A stretch of DNA of 64,000 bases from Phoronis australis (Eukaryota; Animalia; Phoronida). The notes beneath the pieces were generated by a model. The model ran no database searches and had not been told where the DNA came from. It worked only from the letters and a program-made list of their open reading frames with translations. This document shows positions 13,084 to 25,973 of this stretch, piece after piece. Both the position numbers and the translations under genes were made by a program. How positions within the stretch are numbered: position 1 is the stretch's first letter; the number at the start of each line of letters is the position of its first letter. Location: the NCBI GenBank assembly GCA_002633005.1, contig NMRA01000017.1:829740-893739 (forward strand), in the 5' to 3' direction.

Positions 13084-14879
13084 TAAATTATGACAGTGAA
13101 GAAAAGGTGTCTGAGTTCATGTCGCAGACACTCATTATTGACGTGGTGGACTTAGGTGGCTCTGCACAGTTAGGCTGCAGCTGCGGCAAATTTGCAGTGA
13201 TAAAAAAAATAATTCTGTGGTTAGATCAGACTTGGGGACAGTTTTGAGGTAGGGGTTCCATGTGGGTGCAGTGAATCTTGTTTGTATTTGACAACATGTT
13301 GGAAATGAGAAAAGAACAATTTCTCGGCTGTAGCTGTACTCTTCTTCAAGATGGCGGCACCGGTTGCATTTGCGTATTGCTGGTTGCGACTGAGAAGACG
13401 GCTGCTATTTCAGGTAACTCACAGACAAGCCAGAATTGCAAATAAAAATTGGTTGAAAGTACTTTTGAACCACATTTTTGCTTTCTCAGCTGACCCTAAT
13501 GTTGGCTTAAGTCATGCATCGGCAGGGAACTGGAAGTTGTGATTTTGGGATGAAAAGTAACAATTATGTCCTTTTGTCCTTTTTTTCTTGGCCCGGCTAA
13601 CTTGCTTTTCATTGGGAGTGAAAAAACAAAAATGTAAGACAGAATAAAGTTTCTGTGCTTATTTGAAGGGCTCGTTTAATGACTCAAAACTTTTCATTCT
13701 TTGCATACAGTCTTCGACATGAGTGGAAACAAAGTGACGAGTCTGTTGTAGTGTGTTTTGACAAACAAAACCCAGTGAGAACTGTTCTGTGCCCCCTTAT
13801 TGTCTCACTACTGTTCCATTATGACAGCAGGAGACGCAATATTCTAAAGCCAATGTTGCCGGTCAGGTGTTGGTTTACCACCTTTGTGTGGGAGCTTTTG
13901 CGTTGGACTGCAGCTGTCCCCGAATTTATGCTGAGAGTCTCGTCACCATACGCAGCGGACAAATTTTGCAGACGATGCGTTCACCAGAAGCTTTATATTT
14001 GAGACCCAAGGACTCTGAGGACAGCCTCCAGTTTGTCCGTTCTTACATTCATTGTCATGGGCACTCATAAGGTAAGGTAAAAATAAATGAATGTGTTTAT
14101 TGCCCTCCCCTGCAGCTAAAGTCGACGAGTTTTTGTTTATTTTGAAAAATCAAAGACGATGTGTTCGGCCCGAAACACTGCTATGGCGAATGGTGTTCAC
14201 GAATCAATTAGATCATGGTTCGTTTCTCTCCTACAAAGGATTTGATTTACCGGTAGTTTGAAATTTTTGAAACTGTTAAAACAAATCTATGGGGTTCTTT
14301 GGGAGACATCGGGTACTGACGTAAGTTTGTGCTGGCAAGATTGAATAGGTTTTCACTCCTGGTTTCACAAAGATATGTCGTAGTGCTTCAAACGTCCCGC
14401 GGACGTTTGGCATCCCTTGCTGTTCCCGAGAATAGAAACTGGGGCCGCCAGACGGAACCGTCAAAGAAATTGGAAATCAGATATGCCATATATTACGTGT
14501 GGGTATGAGTGTACGGCCTCTTACACTGGCGAATATCCGTCCATTATATATTAAAGCTCCCATCTAGTAGAACACAGACGACTCAGAACATGAACTCTTT
14601 CTAGAAATATTGTGTTCCAAATTTGGAACTGTGCTCAAACAGCAGTTGTAGAAAATGTAATTTTGTGTCAACAGTCGATCACTGGACGCCCGTTTTGGTC
14701 TCGATTTTTTTCTGAACCGTGCTTTACGGTCGTGACAGCTGCTGTGAAGATTTCAGTTTGTTTTCATGTCTCGTTTCAATGTAAACATTCTCTAATTTCT
14801 TCTTTCCAATACAATTCAACTTTCTATAAATATACGCATCATCTGAATAATTCAAATGGTGGTTCTTTCATTCTATGAG

Positions 14880-15100
14880 GAGTTTGGAATCTGATTTAAA
14901 GGTTTGAAACAGACTGTTTGAATTACGAACGCGCAAATAACCCAAACGTAAGAAATAGAGTAATGAAAATGTGCTCCAAATTCATTCTTGTAGAATCTTG
15001 GAAACTTTCAGTAACTTGAAAAAAAATATACTTGGAAAGAATTAATCCTGTGAAGAGAGCGAGACTCGATTTCTTTCTTATTTCTGACGAGATGAGACAT
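14880..15100 (+). mobile_element. LINE (L1/Tx1-like) AP-endonuclease fragment
   Basis: Translates to ...KKYTWKRINPVKRARLDFFLISD across frames, the typical C-terminal EEP-domain motif of L1/Tx1 ORF2; heavily degraded. Confidence 0.55.
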
Positions 15101-16255
15101 GTGGTTTATTGCTTTGTGCTAACAGCGGATATGCATGCGCGCACCCAGCCTTCAATATGGGGAGGCTCGAATTGCTGTCGATGTGGACCCTCTGCTGACA
15201 AAATATCGACAGGACTAAAACAAAAACGGGGTACACTGTGCGTCTGCGTCTTTTTAGTGGACTTTTGTCTCGTATCCAAGGAGTTTTTACTTCTCCTGAG
15301 GCGGACCTTTTTGCCCACTTCGCCAAATGGGGGCGCTCTAATGCATGCTTGTGGACTTGTGAAAACATCGAATTATCGTTTCTTATACTGTTTTAATGTA
15401 ATTAGTAAGACACTTTTTGGCTTTGATATAAAACTAGAGTGAATTCTACTTTGAATTCTCAATATCAATGAAAATATGTAGGGATCGTTTCATGCGACGA
15501 GGCTTAATTTAAGGACGTTAAGTGCCTTTTTATTTTCAATGAATTAAGGGTTCAGATTTTAAATGTATTATTAGAAAATGTCAATAGTCAAAGAGGAGCT
15601 CATAATAAAGATAAAATGATAGAAAATGTTACATCTGGGAGTAAAGAACTGCACAAAAATGCAAAAGATTTAGGGACTTTGCAACCGGACGTTGGTCATT
15701 TATACAATGGAAATGAACAACGAAAGGAAAATGAACGAGTGACGATTCGCTACCTTTGCTTTGACTGTCTACAACACGAGCATTCTCTGTGCGAACACAA
15801 CTTCAAATATCTTGCTTGCCGGTAACATGTACACAATAACTAGTCTGTGTGGCTGTGGATAACTCTGATTTGGTTTGCGTGACCGACTGTGGTCTTCTTT
15901 CTAGTAGACTGCCGAGGCTTGGTTCAGGCATTTCACATTCTTAGCAGGTTTCTCAAAGCTTACTTATCTGTATGGGCTGGGATGCATAATGCTTCAAAAT
16001 TATCCTCTGGAGAAGTATGATTGTCGCATAACGTCAAGTGCATTGTTCAATAACAGTAACGTGACGCTCGTAAATTCGACGTCATTGTGGCTATTCAACG
16101 TATTTTATTACGTTATGCAACTGGCCCTTAATTATGTCTTTGACGTTAGCTGGATTTCCAGCCACTCGTAAAATAGAGAGTGCTTTGAGAGAACGTCAAG
16201 GTAAACTTTTTAAGGCTGGAAACGCATCAAAGCTTTTCAGGGTTAATTGGGCTAA

Positions 16256-16814
16256 GGGCTGTTCCAGCAAAATCTGTGTGGGAGGGGGTAAGGCAACTGA
16301 AATAAAAATTTATGGGTGGTTGCGTTTGATTTAAATTCAAAATGACTGGTGGTCGTACTTCAAAAAAATAAAAATTTTCAGGTCGTTGTTGTTTCATTGG
16401 GCCATAAATGTTTGATGGTGGGTAATTTTAGTAAATTTTATAAACAATCCGCACGGAATCAAAAACTGAAACAGAAATGCAACTTGCAAAAAGCTCCGAC
16501 TTTTTCATTCCCTCCGATCTCCTAATCGGCATGCCCATAACACCAGTTAACCACAGGTGATCGAATTTCTCGGTGGCTTATAACCATATATAAGAAACAT
16601 ATGTTTTCTTAGTAATGAATGACGTTAGTGGTGATGCAGGAACAGATAAACTCAAGCGCCTGTGCAGTCAACCACAAGAACAAAAAAAATTACGGGTGGT
16701 TGCATTTCAAAAAATTACGGGTGGTAGGCTGAAGAAATAAATGAAAAATATGGGTGGTGGGTGCAAAAAAAGGTGCCTTTCCCCCTTCCCATACAGATTT
16801 TACTGGAACAGCCC
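16256..16814. mobile_element. PIF/Harbinger-type MITE, copy 1 (~560 bp, TAA TSD)
   Basis: TIRs gggctgttccagcaaaatctgtgtggga / cccatacagattttactggaacagccc, flanked by TAA on both sides. Close copy at 57472-58038. Confidence 0.9.
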
Positions 16815-18030
16815 TAAGGTTTTTGACTCACAAATTCTTTTTTTCGGTTCGCTTTCTCTTAAAAAGGCAAACAACACAAAGAAACTACGCGTTTCAGGCT
16901 TTCATTCGGGATTTAGTAAACTATGTTTGACGATTGGTCGGTAACCCAAAGTAACGGAAATAAGTGACTCGGTCAACACTGCGTGCTTTACCGTTTCCTC
17001 TAATTTTGCATTCTCTTCAAAAGACTTAGAAGACCGCATTCCGAACTACACACCTAGGAGGTAAACGGTCTCGCTTATAAAGCACTCGGTGTGACAACGA
17101 CATTTTAAACATGGGTATATCATTTACAAAATATTTCTGCCTTAAGTTTGTTAAAATCCACATGGAAAATGTATAATGAGCCTACATACAGACGCCGTCT
17201 TAAAAATGAAAGTCGATCGTTATTGTTATAGCTTTGTCCTACCTTGGCGGGATCTTTCATTTCGCGTGGCATGTTCGAAAAACAATTGTAGAAAGGTCTT
17301 CATATTTTACTGATATTTTCGACAATTCATTTCTGTTACGGGGTGTTGCTCTGGTTGTTACGTTAGTAGGAAAGGCTCTTAATACACTTTGCCGATGTGT
17401 GTGACTCAGCACTTGAGACATCTTTCGCGTCTTCAGAAGCGATAATGAACCACTGTGCGGTTACCATCCTACAACCGGAGACTTGATAAGCGACTCGCAA
17501 TTATAAATTCCATGTCTTAACCGACACCATAAAACAACTGCAGGATTACGCGTTAATCTCTTTTGCTCACGTCATGTTAATGTTCAAGTAAAATGCTTAT
17601 CACATTGATTTATAAATCAAGACATGGGTCTTTAACTTCGTATGGAGAATGATCGTGTCTCAGATCAGAGATTTAGATAGACTAGGTGAGGGTAATCGCA
17701 AAACCGCCAATGTAATCTCAGGGGTAACCAAGGAAAGGTCCATAATATTTATAAGAAAAGCGCTTCGAGAGTATGCTTAGTTGCTGCTCGTCTGCAATAA
17801 AGCGAACAGAGCGAGGATGATCCTTTATTGTCTCCGTTGTCTGGAGAGTGTACGCGTGTTGACACGATGTTAACAATGCAAGGACACATATTTACACCCG
17901 AGATCAGGTCGTCTTCAAGCAGATAATTCGAGGACTTTACTATGGTTTCGTGGTCCATCCAAATGCCATCGTGCTCCAGGTACCAAAACCAGTAGCCCTG
18001 TAGCAGAGCCTACTCAGATACACGTTCGCC

Positions 18031-21000
18031 ATGTCCCAGCGCTCTAAGAAAACGAGACGAGGAACCTACATCCTCTCGGCAGCTAGGAAGGCGATAGTTA
18101 ACAAATGGAGAGATAGTGCAAGCGGAACAACTAAGCCGCGGAGGAGCGAATCCGTAGGAAAGTACCTGGCGTTAAAACAGTCAGATGACGAGAATAACAA
18201 TTCTTCATTCGAGCTTGAATCTTTGGCTAGGCCTACTGCGGTGTTGTTACCTCAAGACTTTTTGAAGAGGCCTACATGTTGTCAACTCGTGTTTTACAGG
18301 CGGTTTCCTTTCTCATGGTATGTTATACGAATTTGGATAAAATGTAACTGTTGATTTACTAAGTAGTTTCGGAAACAAAGGTGAGCTAACATGCGTATTG
18401 AAGTGAAGTGTGACCTGAAAAATAATTTACGAAGTTCAGCGCTCCTACTCCTTAATAGTGTTTTTACTGTTGCAATTTATAAACTATTGCTATATTGATA
18501 AATAAGTATATAATATTTATGGGAACTTCAATGAACGATGAAGACTATAGCGGTGGTGTAAATATCCCTAAGCGTTTATTAATTTAATGAAACACCCATG
18601 TTGGCCGTTACGGTTGTCTGCATTGATCAAAAGTGTAATGCTATACTACCCGTGTACTGTGCGAACAGTGGAAATTTCTGCTCTGTCAAGAAGATGTAAA
18701 TCAAATTAAAAAGTTGGTAAAATAAAGTGAGGGACTCGGGCGCCGCTTGCACTTTGCCCAATGTACACAAAGGTACTTGTTAAACATTGTACGCAACGTA
18801 GCAGTTGCTTTAATCTGCTTGACTAACAATAGTAGCATGTTAATCTGTGGACTCGGCATTAAGGAAGTAAACACAATAGAGAAACAGTTGTCTTCCTATG
18901 AACACAGCGACATCACCACCTTGCCGTGAAATGTTCTCACCACAGCACATGCGTCTGACTTTAAAATTGCCATAGGCTGCCAATAAAACAATTTACATCA
19001 TTCTCTAGTTGTCCTTCACTTTCACTATTCAAAATCCTTGTGTTAAGTTCCTTTATGGGCGACTGATGAGCTATACTATGAATGCACACTTGTTAAATCA
19101 CAAAAGTGATGAGACGAGTTATGCAACTAAATGGCTGGGAGTGATCGACAGTGTACAATGGTAAAGCAGGAGGCTATCCTGTGTAGGCGGAGGGAGTGTC
19201 CACTTACGGTGACGCCGGATTCTCCAGTTTGGAACAGTAAAAATATCATTACTTTGTTCCAGGTCAGAGCTTGTACCAAATTTTAGAAAAAGATAATACT
19301 GCATGACCCAGTCAAATTCAAGGAATAGATGCAAGACGTCGAAATTAATCGTGTCCGAAATTCTGGAATTAATGTGATATGACACAAGGGCTACATGTGT
19401 AGGGTTCATTTCAGAAAAATGCGTCCATTAGGCCTCAAATCTATGAGAGTCAATTTTAGAAACCCACTATGGGTCATCAATTTGTGTCTGCCGCTCATGC
19501 ATTCCCGGGTTTTTCTTGCATTGTTTTCATGTTTTAGCTTTGTTTTTGCTTGTGTTTAACCCCCTCTAGTGCTGTAGTGGTGTATAGAGCTACGTATTTC
19601 CTTCATTTCCTTTCTTGTAATAACCTGGCGTTTTTGTTTCTAGGCCAACTAAATGTCTTGTGGTCATTTTGAATATACATACGCCGTTGGACGTTTTTAT
19701 GTTTAGTAAAATAATTCCTTGGTAATTTTGAACACACGACTTGCATTTTTTTAAACATTTACAATTCCTACATCTGCGTCAGTTTTGATGTCCTTTCTCT
19801 AATCGATTTTTTCTTCGGCGTCACCTGTGATACAATTAATTTCGTCTGTTATTTCTGTTTGAGGTAGTGATTTCTGTTCACTAAATGTAAATTTTAATCA
19901 CGTTTCTCCACGTCTTTATTTCCACAGAATGTTATACCTCTAATCGCTTACTTACATCCAGTTTGTTGTTTTGGTAATTTGTTTAATTCGGATGTTTTGC
20001 AGTTAGTACGAAACTGTTCGTACTTTTAATGTGCGAGTTTCTCGAACGGAGCAATCGTAGTGCGGCGACGAAATTTTTAAAAATTAGTAGAACCATCGCT
20101 GCATTACGATGAGTGGTTAAGAACAATCGATAGAGATCTCAAACCTGTGCGGATCTTCCATTTGTTGTGTTCCTCGAAGGATATTTTAAGCGAAGCGTGT
20201 TCCGATGAATGTCTGTAGCTGCTTTCAGCAAGGAGTGAACGTAGAATAGTGGTTATCGGTCGAAAAACTAGCTCCCCAAGCAGAGAATAAGCAACAATAA
20301 TTTAACGTCGCATTCCGAACCATGTAAACACTGATAAATTCAAACGTCAATGACGTTCGACGTGCAATAAAATTACTGTGTGATTGAAAGTGGGTAAATA
20401 AGTAAACTAACATTCACTTATAATCGAATGAGAATGAAAATGTGAGTTTTAATCAATATTAAATTGTACTACTCTCTTTAGTGTCACTGAGCCGCTTTAG
20501 GCCACGTAATTGGCTGAGATTCTTCCTAGTGTTAGACACGACGTACACAAACAAAGCTCTGCAAGTCAATCGCGGTGTGCAGACACTGTGGTCGCATCCG
20601 AGAAAAATAGATGTAGAAAGGGCGGATTTTAAACCAAAACACCTCTTGTAAGCTTAGTCGACGTGTGCCATGAAATTGGTCATTTTGTCGAAAGATTAAA
20701 CTCCTGCTCCAGTTGATGGAGTAAATAGCAGTATTTCCTGATTCCTGTAGTTGTGAGTACGTTTAGTGAGAATATATCTCTTTGAAAAGTAAGATTGAGA
20801 GTGAAGTAACAAATGCGATTGATGACATTCAACAGTTGATTCTAATCTCTCTCGGGTCAGTGATTTTACTTATCAGTTATGCCAGCCCAATAGAACCAGA
20901 ATCCATTGATTTTTCCATTTTATGTGACAAGTACGCGCATTTCTCAACCCGACTAGAATCGACGAAATTGCTAAGTAGGCTACAAAAAATGAAAAGGCTA

Positions 21001-24000
21001 ACATTCTGTATATTACTGCAAGTACATCATTTGCCAGACAACTATATGCTATCTGAATTTTTTACACTGTACTACAACTTAATCTCATTGCTTACGTCTC
21101 TTATGTCATAAAAATATTCTGAAATTTGAATACCATGACATAATGGTGTAGTATTTGTAACCAACGTTCATAGTATCACTGGCTCCAGGGACCTCAAAAT
21201 GACGACTACATTTTCTCAGGCATGTACAACTTTCACAAGTTCCATGGAATGAAATTAACTTCTTCTGCATCAGTTTTTAAATTTCCCACACCAGTCCTGT
21301 TAAAGCTGCCTTCGCCCTGTTTAGATCTCACCAAGACGTATTTGGAGATCTCAAATCGACAGCTGATTTGCGATACTCTTACTTGTTGCTCGTTGTTGTG
21401 TCACGTGACTGACCAATTTTACTGGAATTCCCTGCTTATCATTTTCGATTCTCGGGTCTGACCAAGCCAAATAAAACCGGCGACCTGTTCGCGTACTCTT
21501 TCTTGTTAACAGAAAACAAGCCTTGCTATGCAAAAGGGAAATTTTTTGGCCGATTTTACATGAGTTAACTTCCTGGATTTTCATTCTTTAGCCCTGCTAA
21601 ACAGGGCGTGAAACACCACCTTGTGCTATCGGTGAAAATCGTCGTTACCAACTGCTCTTGACCTGCGCATGTGATCACCTGTGACATTTTGGCAGCGTAA
21701 ACATACTGTTGAATTCTTTCAGTGTGGAAAACACAATTTTTACCAATGAAACCTCTTCCAGATAGTATGTCAGAGAGTTGTATTCTTGTGAGATCTGCTT
21801 GCAACCCCTTACAATTGTATTTCCAGGTTTCATGGCCGACTAAAGCGATCGCGCCGCCTCCTGTTGTATGTCTTCTTCGTCGTGATGTTTTACTTGGGCC
21901 TTCAGATAAGCATGGTGCATCGATACAGCCTCAGTGTGAGAACGTCACAAGACCTCGCTGGGAAACTAGACACTGGTGTAAGCGCTGAGAGGCTTCGACC
22001 GAACATGTTCATGCTAAATAATGGACTAGCAGACCAAGCGGCTATTCAGCAAGACTCGCTGGTGAACCAACCCGCTCACGTGCTAGTGAAGCGACATGTT
22101 GCCATAGCTCAGGACGTCTCAATGGATTATCTCACGCCTAATGAGATTATAAGAAGGACAGCAATAGGAATTAAAACGTTCAATAGACCTGATTGTTTAA
22201 GGCTAGCAGTGAAATCGTTTAGGACACACTATCCGGAGATTCCAATTTTTGTAGCAGACGATAGTTTCGAAGATGATTTGTCAAATATAACAAACGAGGG
22301 AGTTAACTACATACGGCTGCCCAAGGATTCAGGTAAGTCTTAATTTGCGTGGATGTGCTAAGACCTGCATTACAATTTTGTGCTTGCATCAATTCCATTC
22401 TGAAGTGAATTAACGGTAATGTCAGAGGTGGCGTCCAATATTTTGCTTCTTTTTAGGCCAGCATTTATTACCTCTTGGTTTAGTGATTTTCCACAAAAAA
22501 TAATCGGGGAGCGAAAACAGAAATAAAAAAAATTCCGAAGACTAGCAATAGACAGAATAGTTTAAGGCGACGGACTTCCAAGCCGCACTTCGAGCGTTTC
22601 CATGAAAACTGCTTTTATTTTTTATTTCCGCAGCCATATTTGTCACAAATAAGAAATGAGTTTATTTTTTCATTTCCGCGGCCATTTTTTAAACTTGGAT
22701 TATCATAAATAAAAAAGTGGGGTGCGTATCAGTGTCCGATGTGCAATGCGGGTGTGCCATGTATGACACCAAATTCTGCAACCCTATTTGAGAATCAGGG
22801 TTGGTTTACTGACTACAGCAGCAGCGGCAGGAGCAGCAACAGGAGTTCCGCGACCACCGCCGGAACTAGGCGCCTAGAGGCGGAGATAGTCGGGTACTAT
22901 AGTGTATGTACCATCCGGTTTGTTTTTCTTATCACAGAAAATGACGAAATGCACGACTAATTAAAATAGTTAAAGTTTTGATAATTGGAAAGTGAACGGC
23001 TTCTCGACATCTTAAGTATGCTTCTAATCCCCCTTGACGTTCCAGGTGTAGCCTACGGTCGTAATAGATTGGTGAAAGCGATCTACGATGCTGGGTTTGA
23101 GTACATGATCATGTCTGATGACGACTACACGCTGAATGAGCATGACGATCTTCTACTGTTGGCCCAAAGATGGCTCTTAACACGGGCTGACGTCTTGGCT
23201 CCTGTTAGATGTGACTACGGTCACTGTGAGAGGTAATAGGCTTGCACGTTAGGAAACAATGAAGTTTCTCCCAAATCAGGCGCGGTGTCGATCAAAGGGG
23301 CCTGTTCACTTCTTGGACCCTTTTGTAAGAAGATTGTAAACTGTCCCTTGTGCCTCTTTGTTGTAAGACCTCGTCTGCAACTACATGGTGATATCCGAAG
23401 CTGTGCTTTCGCTAAAGTTTTCATTTCCTTTATTTAAGTCATTGAAAATTTAAACGTTCGTTATTTGTAGGTCACAGTTTCAGTATTTGTAAGTCACAGT
23501 TTTATTATTTGTAGCTCACAGTTTGACACACACGTTGTTGTTGGGTTACCCGGGTACACGAGTTGCAAAATCTCATTGAACGCCAAACTATTTTCCGCAC
23601 CCTTAACTTTCAGCAAGAACGTCTAGTAATGCTGCGCAATACGTCTATGTCTTCGTGGTGGTCTCTGTTGCTTTTCCTAACATTTTAATCACTCCTTAGA
23701 TGAAAAAGGAAGGTCGGAAGTACAGAGAATAAGTGCCTGTGATCGTTTTAAAAAGTTGTCTCCTTTTGGTGTTATATATGAGGGTTAGACGTCTCCTGCT
23801 TGAATAAGACAGCGGGCGTGCGTTCAGTAGACGCTAGGACCTACGCTAGGACCTAGCTAAAACCTAGTCAAAGTCACGTGTTCTCATTTAAAATACACGG
23901 CAATATCTCACGTAATCTCGCGAAGTATTGCTTTTTAGCGAGGTCCTAGCGTTACTGAACGGGAGGCTGGACTAGACGTGTTGAGTGGCAATAAGAGAAG

Positions 24001-25973
24001 TTATTGCTGAAACTTAAAAATGCAGAAAATAGTTTGGCGTTCAAAGAGACTGGCTTGAAGGAGAAACTGTTACGACGTGTAAAATGTTTTGTGCTTTCTT
24101 CGAATCGGACACGCTGCAGAAAACACTTGAAATGCAGTTTGAAATAGTTTTGTGGCAGTGGTAGAATTGCTTATTCATGTAACACATAGAATTAAACGTT
24201 TCGATAAATCTGCCTGACTGGGAGAAAAACTTCAAAATTTGCAAATGCTGCATAACTTGTGTACCAATCTAGGTTTCAGTGTGTTAGTCAATTCCACATT
24301 TTGAAAACATCTCGATTTTTGATTGCTTTCCTTCTAGGAGCAAAGGAACAATACACATCGACAACAACCGACAAGTAACCATCTTTCCCAACATTACTAT
24401 TTACCGCTCGCAGTCAGTTCCCACGTGCCATAGAAGCGACATTATTCAGCAATTTTTCTTTACGAAAACAAAGACAATTTTGGATGTGGGTTGGGATGAT
24501 GTGTTGAAAAACAACGACCATTACGACTTCCTGTTTAACGCCAAATCACATGGTTTGCGCCTTGTCACGTGCAGCGATATCAAAATTATTCACGATAAAA
24601 AAACTTGTCAACTCAAGTCAAAGCATTTTAAAGAGTATATTGACACACGACAAGAGCGATGGTACAATCTTCTACCTTACGTGTTTAAGAAATGGTCGCT
24701 GAAGAAAATTACTGACGAAACTGGCAAAGTAATATGGATCGAACCAAATGGAACAGCAGCGTTCAAGTTTGCCGAAAAAATCGCCTTGAACAGAACTGAT
24801 CCGCTGCATGAGTACTTCATAACGTCCGTTGTGCAGTCCTTAAATGTGAAGGAGCCCGGATGGACGTGGCTGCGTCCGTTTGTGCAAAGCAAAAAGACCT
24901 TCGTCATTTACAAGAAATTTCACGAATGCGTCTATTTTGTTGGCGGTAAAATTGAAAGTGACTACGACCGTCACAGCAGTTATCCCAATAAGAAGCAAAG
25001 CGTCCCCTTTTCTATGTACCACTTCAATCGTTCCTGTTCTCTGGCTGAGGACTTGTGGACTCTGCGTCACTACGGTGAAGAGAAGAAAAGTCACGTGTAT
25101 TACGTAGTATCTGTGTCAAACGACCTTGTACATCTGCAGCGACTCCTTCAGCTATTTTCTGAAAAGCAAGATACTAAAGACAGTTCTCTTATTGTGGTCG
25201 ACATGGGAACTTCAGAAACTAGAGTTCGGCAATCGGATATTAGGTCGTCGATCCCCACTCACTTGTTATACGTGGGGTCTCCTTTCTCGCGGAGCATCGG
25301 TCTGAAGAAAGGTATGGATCTCGTGACTTCACTGGCAAAACAATATGGCCACGCAAATCCAATTGCGTTTGCCATTGATACATCAATTGTTATTCCAACA
25401 AACTTCAGTGATGTCATCCGACAGAATGTGAAATGTGGAATATCGGCATACGCGCCAATCTGTTATAAATTTAAAAATGAATCGGATGGATACTGGGTAA
25501 ACACTGGCTACGGAATGATATCTATGTGTCTCAAGGATTATCACTTGGCAGGTGGTTATGACGATAGATGGGGTTACAAGTGGGGAGCTGAAGACGTCGA
25601 CTTGTGCAATAGACTGAAGTCTGTCGCCATGGTGCCCTACATTTCGCGGCCGCAACAAGAAGGATTTTACCACAAGCACAGTGGTAGCACACGAAAGACT
25701 TACAAAGGATACTATACAAAGAAGAACATGTACGACAAACCACTTCCGGTAACTCCGCTGACGACAGCTATACCGGAAGATGGACTTGAGGAACGAGTCG
25801 CTGTGTTTGCGAAGTCTCGTCTGGAAGAAAAAACGCGTGACCTTAAGTTGAAATTTCTAAGCGCTCAACAGACGCCCGTGAACGAAGGAGAGCTAATATG
25901 GTATGATGTCCGCTTTTTGAATATCAACGACGGTCGCAAATACTTTGCAATTATTGAGAGCGTGTTATCCTGA
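18031..25973 (+). CDS. Two-domain type II membrane glycosyltransferase: B4GALNT1/2-like (GT12) plus chondroitin GalNAc-T/B4GALNT3/4-like (GT7). Exons 18031-18317, 21827-22332, 23046-23232, 24338-25973; ~871 aa
   Basis: All three introns are GT-AG with matching phases (2,1,2), giving 2616 nt of open frame. TM LLLYVFFVVMFYLGLQISMV. Domain 1 motifs: IKTFNRPDCL, IFVADDS, GVAYGRN, MSDDDY, DIIQQFF, VGWDDVLK..DHYDF. Domain 2 motifs: FSRSIGL, AYAPI, GYWVNTGYG, AGGYDDRWGYKWGAEDVDL. Exon 1 is the least certain. Confidence 0.85.
23817..23969 (-). mobile_element. Short (~150 bp) inverted-repeat element (MITE) in glycosyltransferase intron 3
   Basis: Ends cgttcagtagacgctaggacct / aggtcctagcgttactgaacg; an inverted copy lies at 27431-27581. 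Confidence 0.8.
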
